From: Trichinella spiralis
Lineage: Eukaryota
Length of the DNA: 64,000 nt
Assembly: GCF_000181795.1 (NCBI RefSeq)
Contig: NW_003526941.1
Span: 5,495,053-5,559,052, forward strand
Direction: 5' to 3'
Below are positions 37,023 through 49,647 of the stretch, piece by piece. A model generated the notes under the pieces. That model was not told the origin of the DNA. It ran no database searches and saw nothing but the letters and a program-made list of their open reading frames with translations. Position numbers and translations under genes: made by a program. The stretch's first letter is position 1; each line of letters begins with the position of its first letter.

Positions 37023-38699
37023 TTAGTTTTTTTCAATTTTCTCCACACTGTCGCTTAGGTCATAGTCGAATTGTTCGTCATAGAAGGCCAACCAGCAGTG
37101 TGCATATTTGCATCCGGTGTCTTTTTCCTTGCAGCTCGCATCATCGGTGCAGTCGATGTTCAATGGCACCGCGGCCGTGCAAGTTCCATACAAGCAGATC
37201 GTGTAGCCGTTGCATTCGGCATGTTTCTTGCACGGTTCACCTTCTTCCATTCCATTTTCCCCTTCAAAGAGAGCAAGCAACAATTGGAAAGCAACAGAAA
37301 GAAAATTGACCAACAGGCTTACTTCCTTCTTGCCAGCAGATACCTTCTCGGCAGATTTGCTTTGCTTTGCAGTCAGTATCTGAATCGCAGGTAGTGCCGA
37401 TTGGATAAGCTGCAATGCATCGTGATTTGTGGCGTTTCGAGCACACTTTCGTCAAACCGCAATCTTCATGCGTATTGCATTCCGCTGTCAGTGCGGTTGC
37501 ATCTGTGACAGAAAAAAGAAGAAGAAGAAGAATAAAGGACGACGTGTGTTTTTAACAATTTTTACAATAGAAATGAGAAAATCCTTGTCACCGTTATTAT
37601 TATTGATGCTGCTATTGATTGCCGACCAGCAGAATTTGTACTTGCAAGCACCACCCTGTGGACAAGCGAGATCTGAGGTGCATCTCGTGCGCGTTGGTTC
37701 GGCTTCTGTGCATTTGGATTTCAAGCATATTGCCGTCTCTGTGCAGTGAAAATGATTCGCGCAGTTGCCGCCGCCGGATGATGGTTTTGTCGAGCCTGAA
37801 AATGTCCTGAAGAACTGTTTTAAGAAATTATATGCTTGCTTGTTCGAAGGACAGATTATAGCAATACGTGGAGGCGACTGGGTTATTGGCATTGCTTTTG
37901 GGACTTCTTGTTTCGGTCGACCACGCCGCCAGCATTGTCCAAACTTGCAAGCCGAAAGTTCACTTTTGCAATGGTCGTCGTTGTAACAAACATCACCGGT
38001 TGGTACAGCTTGTTCGCACATCTCATATATGCAAATTTCTGAACCTGGACAGTTGAGGTGTGTAGCGCATGGACGCTGTTTGAATGGCAATTTCAGCACA
38101 TCTTCTGTGGATTTGTTTTGTCTTATTTTTTCATTTTCTTTGAAATGAGAAAATCTATTCAGTTACCAGTTGCAACGTCGCAAAAACCGTATCTGCAGAT
38201 GAGATTTGCAATACAGTCGGCATCTTTTCTGCACTGCATGTCTGTAATTGACACTGGCATGCAGTAATTTCTTTTATCTGATCTGAAGAAGTTGACATGT
38301 AACAATTTTCCTTACACATTATGGTCCAGCATGTTTGGTAGCGACATCGTTCTTGGTATGAGCAGTGGTGTTCAGAATAACATCGATTGCGTGTTGGTAT
38401 GGCAGGCATGCAGAAACCGTTCGAGCAGATCATCTGATCTGGACAATCATCATCTGCTGTGCACAGCGAACCGGCATCTGCTTTATTTAACGGTAAGAGT
38501 TATTTTATTTGTACTTTTTTTTGGTTTTTTACAATATTATTCATACCTTTTGCGTAAGTTTTGACGATTAGGAATCTCAGTGCATAGACGACTCGAATCA
38601 GCAGCCCAATGGCTACCTAAAAATTATTCACATAACAATTAATACTTTTTTTTATTAAGCAAACAACAGCAAAACAGTTATCATAATGCATCTTACCAT
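37023..38699 (-). CDS. Secreted cysteine-rich repeat protein: five complete and one partial 8-Cys modules, about one per exon
   Basis: ATG-only first coding exon (38699-38697) and a signal-like exon VAIGLLIRVVYALRFLIVKTYA, then modules C-x5-C-x4/5-C-x4-C-x3-P-x4-C-x5-C-x5/6-C-[KR][YFE]-x2-CW (e.g. CTADDDCPDQMICSNGFCMPAIPTRNRCYSEHHCSYQERCRYQTCW). Confidence 0.85.
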
Positions 38700-41600
38700 T
38701 TTTGGTTTTTTAATCTTCATTTAAAAGTGAAAGAAAATGAGGGTTTTCTTGAATTTTAGCTTTTTTCATTTTGCATATGTTATAAATATAGTTAATCTTG
38801 TTTATAAGAAAAATCAGAAAAGCGTCGATATTTGTTGTGTAATGAGACTGATCGCTTTGCACGATGAAACAGGGAAATAGTGACGACAAATGATTATAGC
38901 TTTTGATTACTGTTGTTGTTGTTGTTGTTGATATTACAAAGGCTCTTATGTTAGATGTGATGTTTTGATGTTCTGAACGATGAAAAAGCATGCCTGTCAT
39001 CGTTCAGCTGTGCAGCTATGTTGAAAGCTTTCATTGTTCAAATTCATCTGAACTGGGTTAGCAGAAGATGTGAAGCTGCAAATTTTTCTGTTAAGCTTAA
39101 TAATCGTCCGGGTGACCTAATTGTTCTTCATATCTGAAGCCGAGCGCTTTGCAAAACAGCATTGTACATTGCAGTAGCATTGATCAAATTAAAAATAGGG
39201 TCATTTTTAATATTAACATAATCTTCAGGTGGTAAGAATGTACGAAAGTTATTTCATCATCTCATTTTTATGATTTTTAGCAACTGTAAAATCCATTGCT
39301 TGTTGCATTTGAAAATTTTTATAGAAATTGAAATTCATCTCGTATATTTACTATTGTTTCAGTAATGTACAATGATGAATCATCGAAGTATACCTCACTG
39401 TCTAATGGGCAATTCAAAATAATATTTTAAAAAGAGTAAAATTAAATAAGAAACAGTGCATTTGATACTCGACAAATTATAAATGTAAAAGTAATTGATT
39501 AATTAATTGGACGACTTCTTTCAAAACGATTAGACAACCTGTGACTTATTTTCTATAATATGTATGCAAAATTTTTGATTTATTTGAACTGATACTTTGA
39601 ACTGTACCAGTTGATCTATTTGTAGATTGTAACTGTCAGTAATAAGTAATATATTCAATAAAAATAGTACTAATGCCTTAGTGCACATTGATGTTTACGT
39701 GACTGTCGATCAAGTGATTAATTGCATCATCAAATTGCTGTTGGTTAAGATACTGTAATGATACTTGTAAATCATTTTCTGTTTGTTTATCTTCTCCATT
39801 TCATATTTTCTTTATCATCATTTTGAAAAGGTAGGTTCAGTGATATTTTTCAGCATTCGTCAAATTAGCTCGCGTATATTTATTTTTCAGTTAATTCAGT
39901 TTTGATTCTGCGTCAAGTGAACTGTTGTTCTTGTTGTTATGTTATGAAAGAATTGTTTCACTAGCTTTGCTGTTGAGTAAGCATGAGTAAGGTTGGAATG
40001 ATAATAATTCATCTAAATTCTGCTTTGTAAAATCTTTTCGTCAGAGTAATGATTATTACAATTGAGATAATTTTACATTTCTGTTTCTTATCTGCTGGGT
40101 CATTCTTATATTTTTGCCTGCTAGCAGTATGACAAAAGTATTATTATTTATTGCTTCAGTTTTGATTGAAACCATTGCGAAACCTATACTTTGAATAAAT
40201 TTCATTAATCATCAAGCAAATGAATAATTTTCAATATTCGAAAATTATATTCTCGTCATTATTCAAAAATTACATATGTGTTAATTATTTATACATTTTA
40301 TAATTGCATGAATGTCATACTGTAAAGTATTTCACAAATTTTGGAATTTTTTTAAAAAGTAATTTGTATGTAAATGATTTCATTTATTTTGCCATTTATA
40401 TGTGAATATGTATGTATGTATGTATGTGTAAAGTTAGAAGAAGAAGAAGTGAATTTGATTTCTCGATGCTATTTGATAAAGATGCTGAGATTGCGCATTC
40501 GTTATTTGTGCAGCCAGTTGGAATGCATTTTCACCAACCAATTTCTTACCGCCAACAGCGCCACATACACACACATACTTTCATGTTAAAGCGTTGTTTG
40601 TGCTGTGCATAAAGCGAGAATCGATTGAAATTTTCTCTTTCTCGTTGTTGTTATTGTTGATGGTGATGGTGGTGGTGATGATGATGAGAATTAAGATGCA
40701 GCTTGTAGTTGTATATCTTTTTTTTTCTTCTGCTTTTTTTAAATAATACTTGTTTTCTTCTGTTTTATTTGTCTGTGCTGTGCAATTGCTATGATTTTGT
40801 TGTGTTTGAAAGTTTCACTTGAAGTGAGTTGTTCTGCTGTTAACCAGTTTTAGTGTGCATATTCTTGTTGTGCGTGTTGGAACGTTGAACGCGCAACTCC
40901 CAATTCATCACAAACTTCTAGAAATTAATAATTCTCCATCCGCATGAAGAACTTATTCCATCTTCATTTAATCCCATACATGCAATTATCAACGTGTATA
41001 ATATACGTATATATATATATATATGCTTGTTTTGTAGCAGCAGTAGTAGTTGTAAAATGAAGTTGCGTTGGAAATAAGCAAACAATTTCAAATTCAGCAA
41101 AGATGATGAAGTGATATTTCCTTTTTATTTCAAATAATATATTTTTCGTCAGTCAGCTGGTGAAAATTGTTCAGCACGTCAGCAATTCATCTTGGTGTAG
41201 TGGTGTGCTGTTTCTTTTGTTTTCTGGATCTCGAAATTGGGCTGCAAACGACAAATCACTTTCCGTTTCGCTTTCACCACTGTAATTTAATTGGTCTATT
41301 TTTTTCACGTTGTTTGTTTGTTTGTAAAATTATAATTTGTCATATAAAAAAAAGTAATTTATAAATGAATTATGTATAATTTTTTCAACCAGTTTGTATC
41401 GATTCGTCCGTTTATTATTATTGTTATTATTATTTAAGCAGAATATGTTTATTGTTCAATTCAACTATTTTTGGCCAATTGCACATGGTAAACAAATTGT
41501 ATTAGATATTCATCAGGCAAAAGTTAATTCAATCTGTCGATCTGTATCAATGCATTAAGCATTAGGCAAACAGCAGTTCACTGATATTTTGATAGTTTGC

Positions 41601-43593
41601 ATTTATTTATATATTTTATTCATTTGGCTTCTTTCTGGTGCTTCAAAAGATCAACACGTTTACGTGTTTAAAGCGAATGTTTTTTCATTTTATTTCAAAA
41701 ATTATTTATTTTACTATAAGTTGTTTTGTTTTTTAAGAAAAATTATCATATCTGTAACTCTTTTTGTTACATTTCTTTTAATGTAATGATTTTAAAATAT
41801 ATGTATCAGTTTGTAGTTTATTTTGAAAATTTACATGTTTTTATTTAAATAATCTATAATATAAATAATAAATATTTCTTGTTGAACTTATCTTTTTTTT
41901 CCATTATCTGATGCATCAGTTGCTTCATCTGCGAACAGGTCAAGCAGAAAAAGAATGTGTTGCTATGTGATATATGTTGTTGTTGTCTTTGCAGATAATT
42001 ATTAGTTTCTATATTGGGTTTGCATGAAAATTCCTCTCTCGTACTTTCATCACTGCTACTTTGTTGACTTCATTTTCATAGCTTTCATTGACTAACTTTA
42101 CTGTGTATTTTAATAATTTTGTTTACGTCAAAGTTCTTCAACATTGTATTTATATATTCATCTTTTTTTCTTTTAATATTTGCGAAAATGAATTTTTTTT
42201 TTGTTGAAAATATTAGACATTGTAAATTTTTTGCAAGTATTTTATTTATTTATTTATTTATTTGGTTATTCGCGTTGAATTGAATTATAAAACCAAGTTT
42301 ATACCATCGAAGGTGCGACTTTATTTTTCATCGCTATTTATGTTTGGTGTGCTTGATTTTATTTTACTCTACTGTAAAGTGCAATTTGCTTAACTGTTGT
42401 TGGTGCGCATATGGTGCGAACCTGTTGTCGTCATCAGTCGATCAGGTAGTTGTTGTAAAATTTTGTCGAAATATTTCTGTTCAATTGCTCATTTTATCGA
42501 TTAATCGAATTCTTTGTTTGTTTAAATTTTTAATTTTTATTTCTAACATTTGTTTTTTTATATTAAAACAAAGAAAGATTCAGTTGCGTTGACGTGAAAG
42601 AAAATCTACTGGGTGTGATTGATTAAATTTTACTAGCACTGATAAATAAAATATGCCGTAGAGTGTTGGAATAAATGCAAATCCCATTATGGAATTTGAT
42701 CTGTTTTTCAACTTTCTGCTTCTCAACCATGCAGACATGTAGATATCTACAGACAACAGATGAACAGATATATAGATGGGTAAATTTAATAGTTGTTCGT
42801 TGAAAGTGCCAGCTTGTTGTTGTTGCTCTTGTGGAATTAGTTCTGAACAGCTGGTTGTCATAACTTGCCTAGTTTATCATCATTAAACGATTAATTTATT
42901 GACTTTACACACTTTCAGTTGTTTAGTTCAGTGCATTTCTTTTCAAGTGGGGATGAGATTGCTTAGTTTTTTTTTGTTTTGTTTTCATTTTTGGCTTGCT
43001 ATTTTCAGTTTTGCTTTTTGTGCATGCGAATCGATTTTGAGCTCACTTTTTATTTAAATTCACGTCCATTTCATTCTAAGTTAATCGCGTATGATTTATT
43101 TATTTGTTTGGTTATTTTTTTTGAATTTTTTTATCGATCAGTTGAAAATAGTAGAATTTGAGGAATGCGCTAATTTTTAAAAAAAAAGAGAAAAACGTAT
43201 TTGATTTTGTTGATTTGTTCGACCGTGGTTGAAGGAAATAATGCGGAGACAACAACCAAGCTGGCAGCAGCAGCAGCTTTGGGTTTATTCTTTGTAGGCA
43301 GCAGCAGGCCTGCTTCAATTAATCGACTCCATTGGCACAACGTGATTTGCCTACTGAAGAAGCAGCTGCTGTTTCTTGAATCTTGAAACTTTTGTTTTCT
43401 TGGCAAGCGTTATTCCCCACTTCATCATCATCATCGTACACTCGATCGAGCACTTTATATAGTTTATAATATTGTTATAAGGAATGCGTTGTTTATTGGA
43501 GCAAACTTTCTTTGCTGTTGCTTTTTCTTCTTCTAGCTTTAATTATAAACAATATATTATTATTATTATTAATTTTTTCTTCTTGATTTAGAA

Positions 43594-45850
43594 ATGGACG
43601 AAGAAGCATGGGTAACGCTGGCCACCAACGACTCTTACACACTTGGAGCACTTGTGCTTGGTCACAGTTTGCGACGAGTTGGCACTTCACGAAAACTTCA
43701 CTGCATGGTGACCACGTCAGTCACCCAAGAGATGCGGTACAATTTTTATTCATAAGAAAATGGGATTGATTTTTTACGTTGTTGATTGTTTCAAGACGCA
43801 GTCTTGGAAACGTGTTCGACTCGGTCACTCAAGTGGACGTGATGGACAGTGGCGACGAAAGTAATCTGGCGTTGATTCAACGACCCGACCTTGGTGTCAC
43901 CTTCACCAAATTGAACTGCTGGAAATTGACTCAGTACAAAAAATGCGTTTTCCTTGATGCGGATTGTCTCGTGAGTATCTTATTTATTTATTTATTTATT
44001 TATTTGTTTGTTTTTTAATCCACTTCTTTTTAAATTCAAGGTGCTACAGCAGTGTGACGATCTTTTCGATTATCCGGAATTATCGGCAGCTCCGGACATT
44101 GGCTGGCCGGATATTTTCAATTCTGGCGTGTTTGTCTTTGTTCCTTCAAACGAGACATACCAAAATTTGGTCAAGCTTGGCGTTGAACAGGGCAGTTTTG
44201 ATGGTAAGTGTTTCTTGTTTTATTTTTTCAATTTTAATAATCAATCATTTAATAATTTAAATTTTGTTTTTTATTCACATAACTTGTGATGTTAAATATA
44301 TTATATTCATTTCGGGTTTTCGAATTATCCACTTTGGCATTTTAAAAATCAAAAAGCAAAATATTAAAGTGTGAAAACAACAAAAAGGCGATGCGTAGTT
44401 AGTTAGTTTACGTAAATGATGATGCTCTGAGAAGCGTTGTTCGACAATGCTATATTTGATCAATTGGAAAAGTATGGTTATTTTTAGCTTTTTAAAGAGA
44501 GTATGGAGTAATTATTTTCTTTATTTTTTTATTTAAATTTTTATTATTTTTGCTTCGTGGGTTGGAATTGAAATTTCAACAGCTTTACTTTGATGAATTT
44601 TTCCCTCTGCTTTGATGTTTACGTGTAAGATTGTAATTCGATTTAATAATTTTATTCAGTGACGTTGGTAAAGAGGAATTTGACGAATTTTTACAATCCA
44701 ATTTGTTTGAGCGTTAATGCATAATGTTGAAAAAAAAATTCAAATCTGCTGTTCCATGCTTTTCAAAGCAGTAATAAATTTTTCAAACTTTTTTTTCAAA
44801 ATTTTATTCTATTCATCTTTCTCTTTATTATCCGGTGCATTTAGGGTCTTTTACTTTAAATTATATAATTATGTAAGATTTGTTTGCTGAGTGAGATTTT
44901 TTTTTCTTACTGTATTTTGTATGTCAGTAATTTATATTGGTTTTTGCATGTTGGCGTGCATGAACTGTTTGGACAGAGGTGTTATGATGAACAATTGGCA
45001 TTCTTAAGGAGCTGATCAAGGTCTGCTGAATTCGTTCTTCAGCGAATGGAGATTGAAAGGGCCCTCTCACCGTTTGCCATACACGTACAATACAGCTTCT
45101 AGTGCACTGTATACATATATAGCTGCTTTGAAGCGGTATTGATTTATTGCGGATTTTAAATTTTGCTTTTCGCGCTGTTTGAAATTTTCATTTTCTTCAG
45201 ATTCATGGGCGACGTGAAAATTGTTCATTTTATTGGTCAACAGAAGCCTTGGAATTTGCTCGGTTCCAAAGATCCGCAGTTGGGCGCTGCTTTGGAAATG
45301 GAATTTTTGAAAACTTGGTTTTCAATTTTCAGTTCTAACGTGCTACCAACTCTTCATCCTGAATACGTATGTGATGGTATTTTTTTCTCCTTTTTTAATT
45401 TCCTTTTCTGTACGTCGATTTGACTGTTGTGTGACATAACCAACCATTCTGTTTGTCGCTTCTGAATGAAAATGACCGTTGTTCGGATAAACAATAGCTA
45501 AACTTTTTGTTAAGGTTTAATATTAATCATTTTCATTATTTATTTATTTAAGTTTTCTTTATAAGCTGTAGGATTGAAATTGAATTAAAAATTTAATTTG
45601 TTTAAAGTGAATTTAAATTTGTTAAAAAAGCAAGTTTTTAAATTGATCTTGATTATTTATTTGTACGGTTGTTTAAAATATTTCGTAATAAACTATTTTT
45701 GCGACAGTTTACTAAATTGTGAAAAATAATTTTTTTTGAAAATTATTGTAGACGGGGGGAGGAGGGGAAGAGGGATGTGTAATTAGTTTAAGATGAATCA
45801 AAAAAAATTGCACACTGTAAACATTCTCTCTTATACTTCGAGTGATGTAC

Positions 45851-45885
<35 letters not shown>

Positions 45886-46418
45886 GTATTGGAAGTGTGT
45901 GTAGCTAGTTTATTTTGCTAACATTATTGCTCGCTTTATCTTTAGTATTACTAAACTGCTTGTATGAAAACGTTTTTTTTAAAGCTTTCCAATCGTATCG
46001 GTGTCTGTATGGAACGCATCAAAGCGCTCTATGGTGTAAGTAGCTTATAGCTGTAGCCTTTTTTAGTAGTATGATAAAGTTTGTGCTTGTCTGGATGATA
46101 AAATTAATAAAACTGGAATATATACAGTGATCATCACATGGTTAAAAAATTTTATGGAAACTTTAGGCTGAAATTTTGCGGAAACAAATGCCAGCTGCTG
46201 TTAGTGATGCAGACAGACAGCGAGCATGGGAAGAAGGAATTGTCGACTATACTGGACGCGATTCGTGGGAAAATATACAAAAACGGCTCGAAGAGACAAT
46301 CAATGGCGAAAAGATAAACTACGAAGCTAGTGACCATCCACAACATGAACAACAACAACAACAACAACAACGGAAAATGTGTGCAACAAAGCAGTGCGGT
46401 TTTAAGCAGACAACATGA
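43594..46418 (+). CDS. GYG1: Glycogenin (GT8 family), 6-7 exons
   Basis: [84 protein letters not shown] autoglucosylation Tyr, [13 protein letters not shown], and the glycogen-synthase-binding tail [21 protein letters not shown]. Confidence 0.96.
45854..45884. repeat. (TTA)n microsatellite in a glycogenin intron
   Basis: ttattatta run. Confidence 0.85.
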
Positions 46419-46931
46419 TCCGACGTCAGAGGAAGCTCGCAAGACAGTTGCAGAATGCAAAATAACCAAAAATCAGAAACATTCATCCATTCATTCTTTT
46501 CAAATGTTCTTCTTTTTTTCTTCTTCTTCTTCAGCTTTTCTCAGTTCGGACAATTTTTCGAAACAGTAGAGAAACGTCGTCCAGTTGGTATTAGAAAAAA
46601 AACCGCTTATCACATTTAACTGCTGCTTTATCGGTTGGTTTGTTTTTGATTTCACGAATATTTTGATTTTTTCCATTTTATTACTTTATGCAGTTGGATA
46701 CCATGCATGAAGGCAGATCAGGAGATCTTTTAGCTCTCAATTTATTTTACACACATGTATTATTTTTATTCATAATAACTAACTAAATTGAAATGAATTG
46801 AATTTTTAGACACGTTTCTCCACGAAGAATACGTTTTTAACAAAGTAAATAATTAAATCGTGCAATATGAATGATAAAAAGAAAACTAGATGAACAAAAA
46901 TTGCCTGAACGCAAAAAATTTCTTTCGTTTT

Positions 46932-48067
46932 TCACTGGGCGCAAAGAATCACGTTATGAGTCATCACAGCATCACGGCCGTTGAAATAGCTGTACGGTTC
47001 ATGGATACAGTCAGGGTTGGCCGAGCCTATGGGTTGGTTAAAAATTGAAATATATATACCAAGGCGGTAGTTGTCACGTTGGTCGCAAAGAAAGAAAGAA
47101 TACTACTTACGACGCATACGTCGAGACGGTGGTGTCACTTTGACCAGATAGTAAGTTGGAAGATCGACGCATGCTTCGAGGATACTATTGGAAGCTAATG
47201 CTGCAAGCTGCTCAGCGGTGATTGCCGGCAAGTGGATACGATAATTTTCACGAATCATTGATGATTTCGGTTCGTAATACCCATCCTTTAATTGAATAAT
47301 ATGAAGAAGATAGAAAACAAGGAAGAAAAGGAAAGAAAATCAGCTTAGTCTCGAATGTACTCGAAGTTTGCTGATGAAATCGATCAAATTTTTCGGCGGA
47401 GCCACACGTTGGTAGTCGAGCGATTTCAAAAAGCACTTGTTACCCACGAGGTCTTTGATCATGGTCAGATTCTGAGATTCGAAAAACTTATTTTCACTCA
47501 CAAATTCCCATTTCCATTATATACATACTTTTCTGAAATCGTGAATGACCACTGCAGGACGATTCATACCGAACGATGGAACATCAATTTTTTCAACCAT
47601 ACCACTTTTGTCCACTTCAACATGCTGTGCAAGCATGTACGGTGTATCTGCAATTTCGGTAAAACACGAAGCGGAAAACATTGGCTGAAAAAGTTATTTC
47701 AATGAACGAACAGTTTGTTTGAAGCAGAAAACCACAGAAACACAGTACCCGACGTTCCATGTAACGGTAGAGAAGCAACGTGCCAAGGATTGTCGTAAGC
47801 AGAAGCCAAAGAATCAGCGAAGTCAAGCAGACCAAGTAGAGAATTCTGGCTCGACGCCAAGCCATGTAACGGCTCACCAGAATTGGATGATTCAAATTTG
47901 CCGACGGTGGCATTTCCGCGTTGAAAGTGCCGTCAGTCTGGAAAACAACATCCTAAAGAATTAAGAATTAAAAAATGAAATTTATTATTGGAGCAATGCC
48001 GCCATTCACTTACGCTTTCCAACGGTGCCTTTTTACTTTGATCTTCAACTTTTGTGGGAATGGTCAT
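46932..48067 (-). CDS. ITM2B: Integral membrane protein 2 (ITM2/BRI family, BRICHOS domain), type II membrane protein, 6 exons
   Basis: Single TM ILYLVCLTSLILWLLLTTILGTLLLYRY; BRICHOS motifs VEKIDVPSFG..PAVVIHDFRKNLTMIKDL..KCFL..L, PPKNLIDFI, GYYEP..IRENY, C..LPTYYL; furin-like RMRR before a two-Cys tail. Confidence 0.9.
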
Positions 48068-49647
48068 GATTTCGTACCAACAACAATCTGGACGCTAAAG
48101 AATAATTCACAATTATATATATATATATTAATTTTTGAATAGAACAACATCAAGGCGAAAAGTAAATTTTTGGAAAGCGAGACAGCGAGCAAAAATAAGT
48201 GGAAATGAAAATGGAAATTTTTTCAAGCTTCACTTGTTGTTGTTGTTCATTGTTTCTTCAGCTTGACTGCAATAATATATCAATCGGTTTCCATAAAACA
48301 ACGAACGCGCAACTGAGAGAGCATTTCAAGCTCGACAAAATCGGTCACATGATGTCCTTGCAAAATTTCAAGCGAAACTGAACAGAAACCGCAACATGAA
48401 ACGCAAATGCTCATCAACGCTTCTCAGCGAAAATGCTAACTACAGTAATTAACTAACAGCAAAAAACAATATGACGAAGCGAAGAAAATATACAACAACA
48501 ACACAGAAAGACTACATGTATTCAATTCATTCGTCGTCAAACAAAAACGATATTGAAGTGAAGATGAAAAAATATTTTACCATCAAAAACCGTCAAAAAT
48601 TAACAAAAGGTTACTGAAAATATGCAATGAACTACATCATTGCTGAATGGCTTGCTACTGATCAAAATACTCTTCGAAAATATGAAAAAGTGAAACCGTA
48701 AAAGCTGCTTTTGTCATCGAATGAAAAGCTGAAACCAAACATAAAAAACACGCCCGATGTACGGTAGCTCCAGCGTTGTTTAATACCGCTGCAAAGTTCA
48801 AAAAGAATCAACTGGAGTGAATGCAAAACACTGACAGCACAGCAAACTGCTAACGCAGAGGACTACCGAATTCACCAGCTTACACGCTCTCTTAATGGCA
48901 AATGTGTACACATCAACAGTATTCTAAATTGAAAATCAGGATCTAATATTTTTAGATAAAGAATAAACAAATTCTGTTGATCATCTAATAAAACATAAAG
49001 CTGTACATTGTACACAGAAATAACAAAATATTAAAAATTTAATTACCGACGTTCAATATTGCAATGCAATTCAGTAAGTGAAAAATTGATTTCGCGCCAT
49101 TAGACAAAGGCTAACTAACTGCTGAGAGAACTCTCAGTGGCTAATGCGCAATTTGATTAGTCAATTCTTATTTCTGGTACGGCCTAAAAATCTGCGAAGC
49201 CTTCTTTTCTTCGTCATTTTCCCGTCTGTCTTCGTCTGTCCTACTATCAGTTGTTCTCTCTCGGTCTCTCTCTCTCTCCTGCTGAGCTAATGCTGGTCAG
49301 TATTTGTCATTTTCTTCTATGCAGTGCTCTTATTTCTTTAAATATAATATTCGGCGATTATTATACTTATTAAACATTAAGTAAATAAAGAGCAATAAAA
49401 AATCTACAGTAGCCATATTTATTTGCAGAAACGAAAGAAATAAAAATTTGCATGTTAAGTCGTTTGCTTTATTGACATATTGACATAATTTTAGTTTGAG
49501 ACCGTCCGTGTATGAGAGCAGTGCGTTTTGATTGGAAAATTAACTGAAAACCAATATCAAATGCCAAACACTAAATTTGCTTTTTATTCATTATTATTTT
49601 TTGGAATAATTTCTGAAAAATAATTTTTCAATCAACATCCAAAGACA

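Noticed and set aside
38710..43500. Many short F/L/I-rich ORFs in the long region upstream of glycogenin (also 15-20 kb)
   Set aside because: Composition reflects AT-rich non-coding DNA and microsatellites; no domain signal.
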